A stretch of DNA of 62,869 nt, the filler included, from Rhabdomonas costata (Eukaryota), in the NCBI GenBank assembly GCA_019059605.1. It is 54 parts of 54 records of this genome, joined end to end, with 100 filler letters (N's around TTAATTAATTAA, not from the genome) between each part and the next. Parts side by side here need not be neighbours in the genome. Positions count along the whole stretch, not along the records: positions 1 to 1,067 come from JAHMHO010030415.1; positions 1,168 to 2,235 come from JAHMHO010030416.1; positions 2,336 to 3,403 come from JAHMHO010030417.1; positions 3,504 to 4,572 come from JAHMHO010030418.1; positions 4,673 to 5,739 come from JAHMHO010030419.1; positions 5,840 to 6,906 come from JAHMHO010030420.1; positions 7,007 to 8,073 come from JAHMHO010030421.1; positions 8,174 to 9,240 come from JAHMHO010030422.1; 46 more parts are not named here. One strand, given 5' to 3'. Position 1 is the stretch's first letter, and every line of letters begins with the position of its first letter. The notes under the pieces were generated by a model. That model made no database searches and was not told where the DNA came from. It was given only the letters and a program-made list of their open reading frames with translations. The position numbers and the translations under genes were made by a program. This document shows, one piece after another, positions 1 through 12,929 of this stretch.

Positions 1-1067
1 GTGACAACAGTCACCACCACCGGACAATACTCGAACGGTGGCTCAAACCAGGCTAAACGAGCAACTTTCGGCGGTTGTGTTGCAGAGCGTAGGGCCTGTT
101 GGCGTCAGACTCCTCCTTTAATCCACATAACCTCCTATAAACTGCGGGAAAATAACCTGTTCCCCTTGCACGAGGTACACATCGTCATTTTGTAATGCAC
201 CAGGGGTACAATGGCCGCTGTACATCTAGGCACAGATCTCCAACCCTGAGGTGGACTCTGAGTGGGAGGTAGAGGTGGCTTCCGCTCCCGAAATCTGCCA
301 GCACGTTGGAATCGCGGCTGTGGGTGACGGGAAGGCTGGAGGCCAACCGCTGCATGTGCTCGGCCTCCACTCTGGGCATTCCCCGCCCCCCGCCCGCCTT
401 TTTCGCCTTTTTTAGAGGGAGTGTGTTGTAGTTATGATGGTCAATTTAAACCCAAAAAAGTATATGTTGCTTTTCCATAACCCTTCTGTGCTCCTGACCC
501 TGTTTTTTTTTGGGTGCCGTAAAATTATTAATAGTGGATAAGGTCCTTGTTGATTCATTTTTAGAGTGGTGGTTATTCTCGAGTTTCCGCTCAAACTGGC
601 GCGCAAGCGAAAACAAGAGAGCAAAGGGGGACTTCTTCAGTCACAAGAAACCTGCATTTGACAACAGCAGCAAAGTGTGCCATGAACAGTTGGTTCCTGC
701 CACCCCGGCCAGGTTCTCACGTTGCCACTCTCACTCTGGCGATCGGCGCCCGTCCGATACGCCGAAGCTTCGCTCCTCCAGTCCAGCCGCAGCTCCAGGC
801 ACCGCGCAACTCTGCCTGCCCGCTCAAATCCCACGGGCATCAGCAGCAGTTCACTCAGCTCCGCCACAGTCGTATCCTGGGCAGCACTTCTCTACACAGG
901 CACCACAATGAAAAAGTTATTCCAATAGCGGACTGTGGGGGTGGGGAGCCCACCAAAGGAGTGTGGCCACACACACTTGTGTTCTCTCCGCAGCGCAACC
1001 AGCTCCACCTAAGCAGCGGAGAGAGGCGCCCCAATTGGCTACGCTTTGGCATTGCAGCACTTTCACA

Positions 1068-1167
1068 NNNNNNNNNNNNNNNNNNNNNNNNNNNNNNNNN
1101 NNNNNNNNNNNTTAATTAATTAANNNNNNNNNNNNNNNNNNNNNNNNNNNNNNNNNNNNNNNNNNNN
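1068..1167. other. Artificial contig-joining spacer N44-TTAATTAATTAA-N44 (first of 53, one every ~1166 nt)
   Basis: The same 100-nt spacer, with stops in all six frames, recurs from 1068 to 61705. Flanking sequences are unrelated. Confidence 0.99.
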
Positions 1168-1780
1168 CTTCCTCTTTCTTCCCCAAGCTTACCTCCTTGA
1201 GGTGATGTTGCTTTGGACACGCCTGAACAATCTGCTTATTTTTTAATCTCAGTATATGGTGCTTGCGATGTTTTCAGCTGTTTGGCGCGGAGGAAGCGGT
1301 AGACAAAATTGTCTCTCTCCTCAAGAATATAATTTTAAGGGGCTGTGAGATAAAGGCATCAAAATGGCACTCCTGGTGATTCACATGAAATTATATGTCA
1401 TGTGGCTAGAAGGCGGCATCGCTTTTCGTGGATGACGTGATTTCGATTTTTTTTAAAAGGAAGAAGTGGGCGGCAGAGTGGTGAATCCCTGTATATGGCT
1501 GTTATTTGGGGAGTTGGGCAGTGGGTTGATTAAAAGGGAATCGATTAGGGTACGTTTGGCGTTTGGTCGAGAGGTAGGAGCGCTGATTTCATTCCCAAAT
1601 TGGTTCTCCAGGCCCCCAGAAAACCGTGATTGTAAAACAAAATGAAATGAATGTGTTTAAACTTTCATCGGACCGCCACCCAGTTTTTCAGTGTAGCATG
1701 CAGTTTTGTCTACGCTCTCCACATACAGCAAGCGTATCTGAGCCGTCTTTTTGTGTGCCCACACACGGACATAACAGCAA

Positions 1781-1868
1781 CACAGCACAGCACAGCACAG
1801 CACAGCACAGCACAGCACAGCACAGCACAGCACAGCACAGCACAGCACAGCACAGCACAGCACAGCAC
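1781..1868. repeat. (CACAG)17 pentanucleotide microsatellite
   Basis: Perfect tandem CACAG units read directly. They explain the TAQHS and AVLCC pseudo-ORFs. Confidence 0.98.
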
Positions 1869-2355
1869 TCACGGCGCTTATTTTGCCGATGGGAGAAGAC
1901 AGCTCCATGCGTGTGTGCTATCCTTCCTGGAAAAGAGTTGATCTTCACCTATCCTGTGCGATTCTCACCAATGAAAAACTGCCTTATGCATGCACGCGCA
2001 AGCCCCATCGGCAATTTGTTGTGTCCCCAGGACTCCAAATGGAAACTCTTAACATTCTAAGTTCTGAATTTCGGGGTGAAAGTACCTTAGGTTTACCTTA
2101 GGTTTTCAATGAGATTCTCACGGGGAACACGGGCTGAAGCCGCAGTGCCCCGGGCCTTTTTAACCAGACAAGCCCCATCTTGTAATAATCGCTGGCAAAC
2201 ACGGCAATGCGGCAAAATCCGTGCTACCACCCAACNNNNNNNNNNNNNNNNNNNNNNNNNNNNNNNNNNNNNNNNNNNNTTAATTAATTAANNNNNNNNN
2301 NNNNNNNNNNNNNNNNNNNNNNNNNNNNNNNNNNNCCGCCAAAAACGGAAACGCC

Positions 2356-2357
<2 letters not shown>

Positions 2358-2394
<37 letters not shown>
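2358..2394. repeat. (CA)n microsatellite, probably intronic
   Basis: About 18 CA units read directly. Similar CA/TG tracts lie near 6176, 49655, 58748 and 59988. Confidence 0.95.
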
Positions 2395-2397
<3 letters not shown>

Positions 2398-4673
2398 TGA
2401 GCATACAGGTTGAGCTTTCCGGCGGTGTGCTGCAGCTGGCGGTACATCTGGCAAGTCTTCTCATACTTCTCCTTCAGCACCAGAGGGTCGGTTTCTTTCC
2501 GCGCGCCCTTCCTGGTGGCGAAATGTGTGTGTGGGGGGGACTGCATGCTGTGAGTCTTGTTGCAGTCTTTTTGTTCTTCAGTCCTGTGCCTACTGCATTG
2601 ACGAGATGCGGGAACTCATTTTGTGCAATAGGCGCCCCACCATTCCGAAAACATTTCACCACCGCAGGCACACCTCGGAGGCTCTGCAAGGACATCCCCG
2701 GCTGCCCGCTTCATCTCTTGAGATGGGACACTTCTGGGATGGGCCCACAGTAACGCTACATCACAGACGACAACGAAAAAGTTCAAGTTCAGAAACTGCG
2801 TCTGAAATGGAAAGCCAAAGGCAGGGATTGACGGAGTGGGGGGTGGTGCAACAGCACAAAAGCCGAAAATCCACACAATTCAGGGAACCTAACTCAGAGA
2901 ACAAAAACGTGAAGAACAGTGAAGGGGAAGTCAGCGACCCTGTGATGATGGTTGTGTGACGGGTAACACGAAGACCCAAAGTGTTGAAGGGCAAGAGCAC
3001 AGTGAAGATTACGCTTTCAAGTTGTGGGGAAAGGTGGAAAGTGTTCGACGACCACACCCTCACTCACATCCGCAACAACAAACCACAGTTCCAAAGCTGC
3101 ACAACAAGAACTAACCAAGCACGGGCGAATGCGAAGGCGTGTGCGTGGGGGGATGACGCAGCGGGGGACCCAAGCACTCAGGTCTGGATGAATACCATCA
3201 CAAAATTGAAAACACCATCATGGCCGACTGACAATATGCGCGTTGACAATATGACGGAAAAAAATTCCGCTCACATTTTGTGCACACGTTGAAGCCGCGC
3301 ATTAATCGCCAGCAATGGATCATCACCGGTCCGCATGAGAGAGAAAGAAACTTGCCGAACCTGGCGTTCGGCCACAGCATTAGGCATAAGGAACAAAACC
3401 AACNNNNNNNNNNNNNNNNNNNNNNNNNNNNNNNNNNNNNNNNNNNNTTAATTAATTAANNNNNNNNNNNNNNNNNNNNNNNNNNNNNNNNNNNNNNNNN
3501 NNNGTTTTGTTTCCTAGCCTTCCCATTTTCCTGGACCCTGGACATCTGCTCTCTTCACTGCCTTCTCTCCTCTCTTCTCATTCCATTCATTCCATTCTGC
3601 CCCTCAATGTCGAATCTAATTCTCTCAATTCTCGCTCTCTCACCGTTTGAGAATTTTTCCATTGAAAACAGGATGGGAGGCTCCTCCGCCCCGTCCGCGG
3701 CATCCTCTGTGGTGGAGGACGCCGACGAGCTGACCAGAGAGCTAATGGTTGTGGTGCAGAAGAGCCGCGGCTATGTTAGCGCCAGGACTGGCCGGGAGAC
3801 CCAGGCAGCGCTGCGCTTCCGGTTTCGTGAGGCTTCTAGTCAGTCGGAACTTTCGGCCTCTGGCCCTGGGTCTGTCGCCAACCTTGGGAGGAGCAATGTT
3901 GGCAGCTGAGTTGTGGGTAGGTGGGCACAATGATGTGAGTGGGTGCGCACAATGATGTGCACAAGGAAGTGTACCTTGTCGATGGGATGTACGCTCAGAT
4001 TGGCGTTGCTGTACTGGCTTTTGCTTTTTGTTTCGCTTCCCTGAAGAGAAATTGCAGAACGAACCCTTCAGAAGGGCTGCCAACCCAAATGACAGTCAAA
4101 CGGAAAACTGTTGAGGCCGAACTTCTGTGATGCATACCAATTCGTGCCACGCCGCCGTCCAATGAACCATAGGCTTCACGAAAAGCAGTAGTTTCCTTTC
4201 CTTATTTGTTCCGCTTTTTGAGCTTTTTGTGGCTCAGGCGCAGAAGTTTGGGTGGTTTCTCTATTTGACGTTACGTTCGAAGGAAGGCCGACAAAATACT
4301 GCAAGCAAACGCATAACCAGCATAATATGCGGACACGAACGCCCCGCAAAAAGAACTTATTGATTTAAAATCTCTATTGGCACGCCAAGGACATCACACA
4401 AACCCACGCAAGCACCACCCTCGAATCCACACCCCTAACCAAAGCCACACACACACACACATGGCGCCTTGGCGCGGTGTGCTGTGGCGTGTCCTTGTGC
4501 TGCTTGTTCTGCACACCTGTTGGTTTTTTGGCGCGTTCACGGTGCTGCTGTTCGTGCTGGACGACACGACGGNNNNNNNNNNNNNNNNNNNNNNNNNNNN
4601 NNNNNNNNNNNNNNNNTTAATTAATTAANNNNNNNNNNNNNNNNNNNNNNNNNNNNNNNNNNNNNNNNNNNNG

Positions 4674-5150
4674 TTGTGGGGGGAAGTTGACGCGCTCTGG
4701 AACGCAGCCCTCGCCGCGCAGCGGTCCGTGGACGCTTCAACACCCTCTCCGACCTCAGCCCAGGGTGAAGCTTATGTTGAGGAAACGCTGGAGGATTCCC
4801 AGTCACTTCCCAGTGGATCCACCGCCTCTCCCTCTTCAGCTCTGTTTCCGAGGTGGATTCGGCCGGAGCACCGGATCGAGGCCTTGACCTGCGGATCCCC
4901 AGAGTGTGCAGACTCTCTCGCCTCTGCTCTGGCGCAATTCGTATCGGTTTGTCCTGTGGTGCCTGGGCGCATGCGAGGCTATCTCAACGACCTGGTGGAA
5001 GCCTTGATGACCCTGGAGGCTCACCGTGACAAAACAGTCGAAGTTGTGCCTCTGGTTTCCCTGCTCTTTTTCCCTGACCTGGGCTCAGAGTCCCGTCGTG
5101 CCAGCCTGCTTGCTAGGCGAATGCTGGTCGGACTCTCTCTGGGGCCGTGA
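4674..5150 (+). CDS. Hypothetical protein, 3' part
   Basis: 158-codon ORF from the contig start to TGA with protein-like composition. No family recognised. Confidence 0.45.
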   Translation: MWGEVDALWNAALAAQRSVDASTPSPTSAQGEAYVEETLEDSQSLPSGSTASPSSALFPRWIRPEHRIEALTCGSPECADSLASALAQFVSVCPVVPGRMRGYLNDLVEALMTLEAHRDKTVEVVPLVSLLFFPDLGSESRRASLLARRMLVGLSLGP

Positions 5151-7171
5151 AGCACCTCTTTGAGTTGGCTGCTCTGGCGCATTGCGTTTTTGGTGTGAAC
5201 GGCAAATCAGGGACAGGTGTAGCAAGTCCCTCAGGTCATCCCGTGTTTTTCTGTGACCTATTGGGAACGGGCCTGGTCACATTTGTGTTCATTGCAACGG
5301 GCTGGTGTCATTGGTTTTTCCGCTATTGCCAAAAATTGGAGCGCCACTGGCAGAAAATGGCCAGAACCGAAAAGAGTTTCGTGCGCCAAGTAAAATCATA
5401 GTCGAAAGTCAAAGGGACAAACGTAGTTCTCTTGGGCGGAAGCCTCGATGTCTGCAAAGGTCTCAGAAGGAAGAAGGAAGGAGCATGACCACAAAACCAC
5501 AAAACCACAAAGCCGAAATAAAAAACACGCAGAAGAAATGCAAGGCTTAAGAAGAATCTCGCAAGTTTTTATTGATTCCCCTTCTTTCCCGCAAATCGCC
5601 CCACTCTGGCACTTGGCCCCGGTGGGTTTTTGAACGCCGAATAATGCCCCGTTGAATCGAAACAGTCTGCTTGTTCAAGCGGTTGTCTCTTTCAGTCGTT
5701 CAAAATAAATCCACTGCAAACAAGAGCAAAAAACCAAAANNNNNNNNNNNNNNNNNNNNNNNNNNNNNNNNNNNNNNNNNNNNTTAATTAATTAANNNNN
5801 NNNNNNNNNNNNNNNNNNNNNNNNNNNNNNNNNNNNNNNGTGTTAAGAGTGTTTGGTTGTGGTTTTCAGAGCCAGCTCCCATAGTGATGGGTTCTGGGCA
5901 AGGAAAAGCTTCCCTGTCAAATTGCCTTGGGAGCACATTGGACATCGGGCTTCCCAATCTTTGGTGTGGCGCACACAGAGTACGCCATGGAAGCCCCTGG
6001 AGGCCTGTCCGCACCGTACACCTCAAGCGTAGAGGAGCTGACGTGGAGGCTGGTCGCTTTGGAGAACGGTGCGGATCGCACACGCACTCTTTGTCGTTCT
6101 CCCACTCTCCTTCTAAAGCATGAAATTAGTGCACTGCTCAGCTCAGATTTCACTCTTCTCTCAGCCTCACTTACGCACACACACACACACACGCAGATTT
6201 TGTATGTGTGTGTGTCGCCGAGCGTGTACTGACCAAAGAAATAGCATCCTTCGAATTCCCTTTTGACTCACCCTCAATGTCATCGGCGGTCATGATTGAT
6301 CTGCAATGCCTCTTGTTCTAGTGGAGGGGAGGGGGGTGCGGCTTCCCTTTCAGTGTTTCTCCCTGTCATGGTTTGGTTTGCACAGAAAATGCCAGATTGG
6401 CGTCGAAGAACAAGGCTTTCCTATGTGAGATGCAGTCGGTATGCCCCGGCACCCCACTTACTTTTCAAAATCGAAACGCACTGAAGCTGAACTGCTGAGC
6501 CACGCGCTCAAGAGCACAAAGAAATATTCCTCCACACTCGCACTGTGTCTTTTCGAGGCTTTGTGCTGTCACTGTGTCTCCTTGTGATTCACTGTCAGTG
6601 TCAAAGGTGCATCGTGGATCCACCCCACTCACCTTGTTCAGGGGTATCTGGGATTCCCGCCCCCCTTCGAAAAGGCTTGGCTGAAGCACCTGGGAAGCAC
6701 CTTGGACCTAACCTCCTGTGTTGACTTATTCCGGTCCGGGGGGGGGTTATATAGGATGCACTAGCGCCCTCAGTCTCTGTGTGTATATATGCTCGGCATA
6801 CCTTCACTTGTACGGCACAGAGAAAAGGGTGAGGAAGTCACTGAAAACAACCATCCTTGATGCACAACAGTAGCGAAATGAAAGGGTCAGAGTCCTTTTC
6901 TAAGTTNNNNNNNNNNNNNNNNNNNNNNNNNNNNNNNNNNNNNNNNNNNNTTAATTAATTAANNNNNNNNNNNNNNNNNNNNNNNNNNNNNNNNNNNNNN
7001 NNNNNNGAGTGGAGAAAGTAAAAGCAATGAGAGGACAAAAGAAACAAGAAAAGTAGACAAGCCCAAGGCCGAAGGCCAAGGGTTTTGTGTCGTCACATTC
7101 ATCGGAGCAAACTCATCGTAGTCAGGGAGGGTTTACCAGAGGCCGCCTGAAAATGACGAGACAGTTCGTGG

Positions 7172-7775
7172 TTACCAACAATACTCTGGATGTTGGTCGA
7201 TGGTGTCAGTGAAAAAAATAAGAACATAGTCAATATAGGCTCCTGAAAATTCAGGAATGTCGGATAAAAGGAGATCCATTGTGCGCTGGAATGTGAATGG
7301 GGCGTTACAGAAGCCAAACTGCATAACTCGGTAGAGATAGGTGCCGTATTTGGTTTTAAAAGCAGTACGCTCGATGTGGTCAGGTTGAACTCGGATTTGA
7401 TGGAATCCGGAGTGGAGATCGAGCTTAGTAAAGTAACGCGCCTTCCACACCTGATCGATCATTTCATATATTCGAGGTAGGGGTAGGCACTCATCTTTGT
7501 GATGGCATTGAGTGGCCGACAGTCGACGCAAAGACGCAATTCCCCTTTTGTGGCAAAGAGAATACCTGCCACATAGTGTGAAACGGTCGGTTCAATAAAA
7601 CCAAGGTCGAGGAGTTCCTTTAGTTGACGCTGCAACTTTTTGTCCTCGATGGGTTACAGACGGTAGAGACGCTGTGCCTGTACCTTGGCATCTTCCCTTA
7701 AATCGATGCGACGGTCTGTTTGCAGAGATGGTGGGAGACCAGGCGGTAGTTTATCGGAAAAGAGGTGATCAAAAT
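7172..7775 (-). mobile_element. Degenerate Ty3/gypsy LTR-retrotransposon reverse transcriptase
   Basis: Motifs LPPGLPP, LLDLGFIEP, LPLPRI, FTKLDLHSGFHQI, TAFKTKYG, MQFGFCNAPFTFQR. The catalytic YxDD reads YIDY, and there is an in-frame stop and frameshifts. Confidence 0.93.
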
Positions 7776-7824
7776 TCTACGTTACGTGTAGAACTTTCTC
7801 ATTGATCGGTGCTTGGCGAAGGGG

Positions 7825-8067
7825 TGGTACAAAGACCTCGTGATCGAAGTTTTTGAGGTCCAACTGCATTTCTACCAAACGGAGTGTGTACACTTTTTTT
7901 TGCGTCTCTCTGACTTAAATTTAGTTTCTGCCAAGCGACTGACACGCTGCATTTCAGATTATGAGACTTCTTTTTCTTCTGAACAGCTTGCAAAAAAAAG
8001 TGTACACACTCCGTTTGGTAGAAATGCAGTTGGACCTCAAAAACTTCGATCACGAGGTCTTTGTACC
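7825..8067. repeat. Inverted repeat, ~79-bp arms and 86-nt loop, ending at the contig end (probable amplification fold-back)
   Basis: 7825-7903 is the reverse complement of about 7990-8067. Confidence 0.9.
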
Positions 8068-8186
8068 AACCCCNNNNNNNNNNNNNNNNNNNNNNNNNNN
8101 NNNNNNNNNNNNNNNNNTTAATTAATTAANNNNNNNNNNNNNNNNNNNNNNNNNNNNNNNNNNNNNNNNNNNNGTGTGGGTGGCAG

Positions 8187-8896
8187 GAGTCGGGGTACAC
8201 CTACGTGCTGCCCAAGAATGTGCTGAAGAAGTTCATCACGATCGCCGACCTGCGGACCCAGATTGCGGGGTACCTGTACGGGGTCAGCCCCCCGGACAAC
8301 GACATGGTGAAGGAGATCCGCTGTGTGGTGATGCCCCCGCAGTGGGGTTCGCACCAGGCCGTGCAGCTGCCCAAGCAGATTCCCGACCATGAGTTCCTCA
8401 AGGTTTGTGTGACGTACCACCCTGCACCCCAGTTGGGCGAGTGTATGTGCGAATGTGTGTGTGTTCGTCTTTGGATGTCGAATAGAACGTAGTGGAGGTG
8501 GTCGAGGGTACTCAGGATAAGGGGACGTTTTCTTTTCTTTTTCATCAATGTATGATCCTTAAAAGTGTTCTCAGTAATCTGGAAATAAGGTAGTCTGGGT
8601 AAGGCGACCCTTGATGATGTCATGCCCCCTTTCCATTTGATTCCAAATTGATCCACACATGGATGGCTCCGCCTGTGAAGATGTGCCACGAATTCCACCA
8701 GCCCCTACAAAACAAGAGCGGAAGTATCCCGCTTGTGCCCACCCTCAGATATCCTTTATCTCCTTCAGCAGCTTTTTCTGGAGGCCTACTGTGTGGCGAG
8801 TTCCCGTGTGGTTGTGCAACGCGTGTGCGCTTGCGCAGGACATGGAGCCCCTGGGGTGGATCCACACCCAGCCCAACGAGCTGCCCCAGCTGTCGC
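8187..8896 (+). CDS. PRP8: Pre-mRNA splicing factor PRP8, Jab1/MPN region; exons 8187-8402 and 8839-8896
   Basis: [38 protein letters not shown]...[24 protein letters not shown] closely matches the conserved Prp8 C-terminus. GT-AG intron at 8403-8838. Confidence 0.97.
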
Positions 8897-9865
8897 GCTC
8901 TGCGTGCTATGTGCGGTGTACCGGTTCAGCCTGCCCAGCTCCCTTCATGACCCCGCGGTGTGTGGATTCGCCCCGCTTTCTTTTTCGCTCTTTGTAGCTT
9001 TGTAGCTTTGTAGCTTTGTAGCTGATGGAAATGCTTTCACAATGGTGCCACCAGATGGAATGATGGAATTATTTTCGTAGACATGGAAACCGATGCGAAA
9101 AATTCAATCTGCACTCCTCTTCGATCTGCTCATATCCACCAAGATATATATCCATAAGGAATATATATCCAGAAGGAAAGCAAGAGAATTGAGAGACAGG
9201 TTTCCTTATTCTTAGACGGATTTCACAGCACCCAAAAAAANNNNNNNNNNNNNNNNNNNNNNNNNNNNNNNNNNNNNNNNNNNNTTAATTAATTAANNNN
9301 NNNNNNNNNNNNNNNNNNNNNNNNNNNNNNNNNNNNNNNNGTGGTTGGTTTTGGCAGGACACCTTTTTGACGAAGGCCCTGATTCAAAAGAGGTCAAACA
9401 GCAGCAAAGCCACCCCGTGAATCTAGCTGGCATGTTCGAAAAAGTTCCGAATTCTCGTATTTTTTTTTTCATTAATTTATGGAATTCGCATAGCACAGGC
9501 TTCTCTTCCGGGTCTCAATAGAAAAAGTCATGGACTCCACAACACAACAACCAAATGCACACCCGATGGGAGCGAGGCATTCACAGGTCCTGCAGCAGGC
9601 GAGGAGAGATGTTCCGCCTCGTGGACCTTAGCCCACCCCCCAAGGCACATAAGCACAAATAAAGCCACACCAAAAGTGAACGCCATAATCCCGTGGAGGC
9701 GAGCAAAGGATAAGCAGGTCAGCTGCGAAACAGAAACACAACCGCAAAACGCAAAGAAAACTACGGTACATCGACGAACAGATTTCACTACACTACACTA
9801 CAAGTGCTGCGCGACTTCCACAGAAGTTCCAGTACCACCAAACCAGTGGCACTGGACCTTGGAAA

Positions 9866-10059
9866 ACTTCAAGACCAAATCTCAAGAGCTTTTCATCCAG
9901 CTTCCCTGAAGGCGAAACGGAAACGGGAAAACAGAAAGATTTCCCGTTTCCGTTTCGCCTTCAGGGAAGCTGGATGAAGACTTCAAGCCCAAATCTCAAG
10001 AGCTTTTCATCCAGCTTCCCTGAAGGCGAAACGGAAACGGGAAAACAGAAAGATTTCCC
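9866..10059. repeat. Direct-inverted-direct (DUP-INV-DUP) rearrangement
   Basis: An 80-bp unit at 9866-9945 is repeated at 9980-10059 with one mismatch. 9940-9978 is the reverse complement of 9892-9930. Confidence 0.92.
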
Positions 10060-11295
10060 ATGACACTGACAGAGAGAGAAAATCAGCACAGAGTGTTGCC
10101 TTCAACGGCAGTTCCAAAATCCAACACCGGTGGAAAAACCGCGGAGAACTTTGGGACAACCAATACCCCTCAGGTGAGACGCCCTCTAAACAAAATGCTC
10201 TCTGCGGAGTCCACTTCTGCACACAAGTCGAAATTTCTGCTACGAGTGAGAACATGGAGAAGGTTGAACTCTGAAGAATTGTACAGCACCAGCAAGGCTT
10301 CAGCCGTCAAACTCTATATCACAACACAGAGTCAACACAGCATCGCACGCGCTGCACAGAATCACGTATACGCAAAGGAAAATACAATGCTGCTCTACTT
10401 ACTGCGANNNNNNNNNNNNNNNNNNNNNNNNNNNNNNNNNNNNNNNNNNNNTTAATTAATTAANNNNNNNNNNNNNNNNNNNNNNNNNNNNNNNNNNNNN
10501 NNNNNNNTTTTGTTGTCTACGTGCACCGTGCGCAAAGTATCATACTTTGGGCTTTGGATAATTCCAGCCCCCGCCGCTCTTCGTGTTGTCATCTCTGTTC
10601 TTTCTTTTTTGTTTCGTTGTACCGTTCACGCTGTGTGCGCCATCCCTTTCCTGAGTCTTTGCAGCGTGAGACTCCTTGTGGGAACTTGACGCTGTTCCCA
10701 CGCGTGCCTTTTCCACGTTTCGCGGTTCAGCCAGGAATCTCATCAGTTTTATATGAGGTTGCTTGCAGATACATTCTGCTCGGCAATCCCACTCTGTGGC
10801 CAATGTGTAACTTGGTTTTTAACCGGATGGGTAAACTGCGTGACTCCAAATACGGATTGCGATTTCTGAATTGTAGGATTGTTGGATTTCTGAATTGTGC
10901 ATGCACAGTGGTCCGTGTTTCTGTCACTCACCAGTACGACAAAGTGCAAGAGGGGTGTTCTTTTCTTATCTTCAAACAAGTTAACCTTAAAATTTTGTAG
11001 AACTGCCTTTCATCGTATCCCTGCGGTTAACCGTACTTAAGCTCGTTAAGAGCACCTGGTCAATGTTTTTCCTGCGGCTTTTCATAGCTAAATATAGGCC
11101 ACAGGGCCCTTGGGTCACAGGTCACAGGCTGCTTTTAAGCGCCGTCGCTGGGCAGCTCCTCCTGAAGAGTATCTTTCTCGGTTCACGGGGCATATCCTTG
11201 TGACTGTGCTTTTTCTTCTTTTTTCCCTACACCTTCCCGTTTCGCTCTACGCAGTATCCACCATTTTTCCCTTTGCCTTGTTTCCCAGTAACATC

Positions 11296-11536
11296 ATGCC
11301 ACACCCCTCCCTTCTCTTTTTCTTCCCGTGTGCGGAAAGATGCGATGCCTTCGTCCGATCGCTCCTCCTTCCCATTCTTCTGCTCGTCATCCTACCCCAC
11401 TCCGGCTTCAGCAATCCCACCCCACTCTCGTCGCACGCCACCCTGGCGCAACCTGGAGCCAACCGCTGCATGGAGCTCGCGAACTGCAGTGCATGCCTAG
11501 CGCGGCTGGGCTGTGGCTGGTGCGAAGCTCCCTACG
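11296..11536 (+). CDS. Secreted or membrane protein exon with a PSI-like cysteine motif
   Basis: Hydrophobic LLLPILLLVIL followed by CMELANCSACLARLGCGWC (the CxxC-CGWC pattern of PSI domains). Start codon uncertain. Confidence 0.6.
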
Positions 11537-12929
11537 GTCTCTCTTCCGCTAAGCTTTCCTCTAACCCCACAACCNNNNNNNNNNNNNNNNNNNNNNNNNN
11601 NNNNNNNNNNNNNNNNNNTTAATTAATTAANNNNNNNNNNNNNNNNNNNNNNNNNNNNNNNNNNNNNNNNNNNNGTGGGTGTGTATCACGAACGTTGACC
11701 TGCACCACGCAAGCAGAAATATGAAGCCGCTTGAGGGAGAGACAGAGAGGCAGCTGCGTTCACAACCTTTACACATCAGCTTCACAGCCCAATTGGCCAA
11801 CGTATCTTTGCGCATGCAGTAATGCACCGGCTGGAAAAGTTTGATGTGAGAACGAGGTCCCTCAAATCCGAAACGGCAGGAAGACAGATTATGTGCACAG
11901 AGCACCTGACCAGTAGCAAGTAGGAATGAACAGAGTATTTCGGGGTCGGTAGGGGCACAGAATCAAGTGAGGTAGAGGACACAGCATAACAATGTGGTCA
12001 AGAAGCTTGCGCGAGCTGGACTGCTTGCGCGAGCTGGACTGGAACTACAAAAAGAAGTTTAATGTCAGGTACCTCGAATAACAAATAACCTTTGTGTATT
12101 CTGTGCAAAAGTTCAAGAGGTGCAACGGGTTCTCCCTCCGAACTAGATTCTTCTGTTGAGTTGACTCGGTTAGAATGCTTCACGAGAAAACTTCGTGCCC
12201 AAAAGCCCCCCTGGCTGAAACAAATTGTTGATGGCAAACTTGAAAGGTCTCGTGGGCGACGAGAATAGCATAAAGAAGCTCGAAGACGTAGGACACTGGC
12301 AGCTTGTGGAAGCCCAGCCGCTCAGCAAGTTGGTACGTGATGAAGGTCCGGAAGGGCGCGTTGTGCCTCACCACCCGTCCATCCTGGCGAAAGTTGAAGA
12401 CGAACTGCAAGCAGAATTTTGCACCCTCCCTCCCTCCATCCCTCCCCACTCTGAGGACAACTGTACTTGGGGAGGGGCTGGGGAGCGGGCGTTTAACTAG
12501 TAGTGGTGCTGAACAGTGACATTTGGTGACTTGTGAGACCAGTTTGTTTTTGCGGCAGAGAAAGTCTGCGAGTGCTTGTGCGGGCGTGCATTATGATTTA
12601 TTCACATTCACAGTTGCGGTGCAGTGGTGTTGTGTGGATGGATGGGCTTATAGGGATTTCTGTTCCTGCTCGAGATGACTTCAACCCGTTTGGAAGGAAT
12701 TACAGAGTGGATTAGGGTACGTACCACGGTCAAACAACCCNNNNNNNNNNNNNNNNNNNNNNNNNNNNNNNNNNNNNNNNNNNNTTAATTAATTAANNNN
12801 NNNNNNNNNNNNNNNNNNNNNNNNNNNNNNNNNNNNNNNNCAGCGAGGTGGATGCTCTCGAACTAATGGTGGGGGTGAGGTACTGTGTGCGCTGCGGGTG
12901 CTGTCCCCCGTTAGCCCTAACCCGCACAC

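Noticed and set aside
1626..2060. ORFs with TAQHS or AVLCC repeats as repeat proteins
   Set aside because: They are translations of the (CACAG)n microsatellite, which has no stop in any frame.
10695..10750. Hammerhead ribozyme-like CTGATGA...GAAAC on the minus strand
   Set aside because: Stem II pairs poorly, the required U before the cleavage site is C, and no stem I forms.
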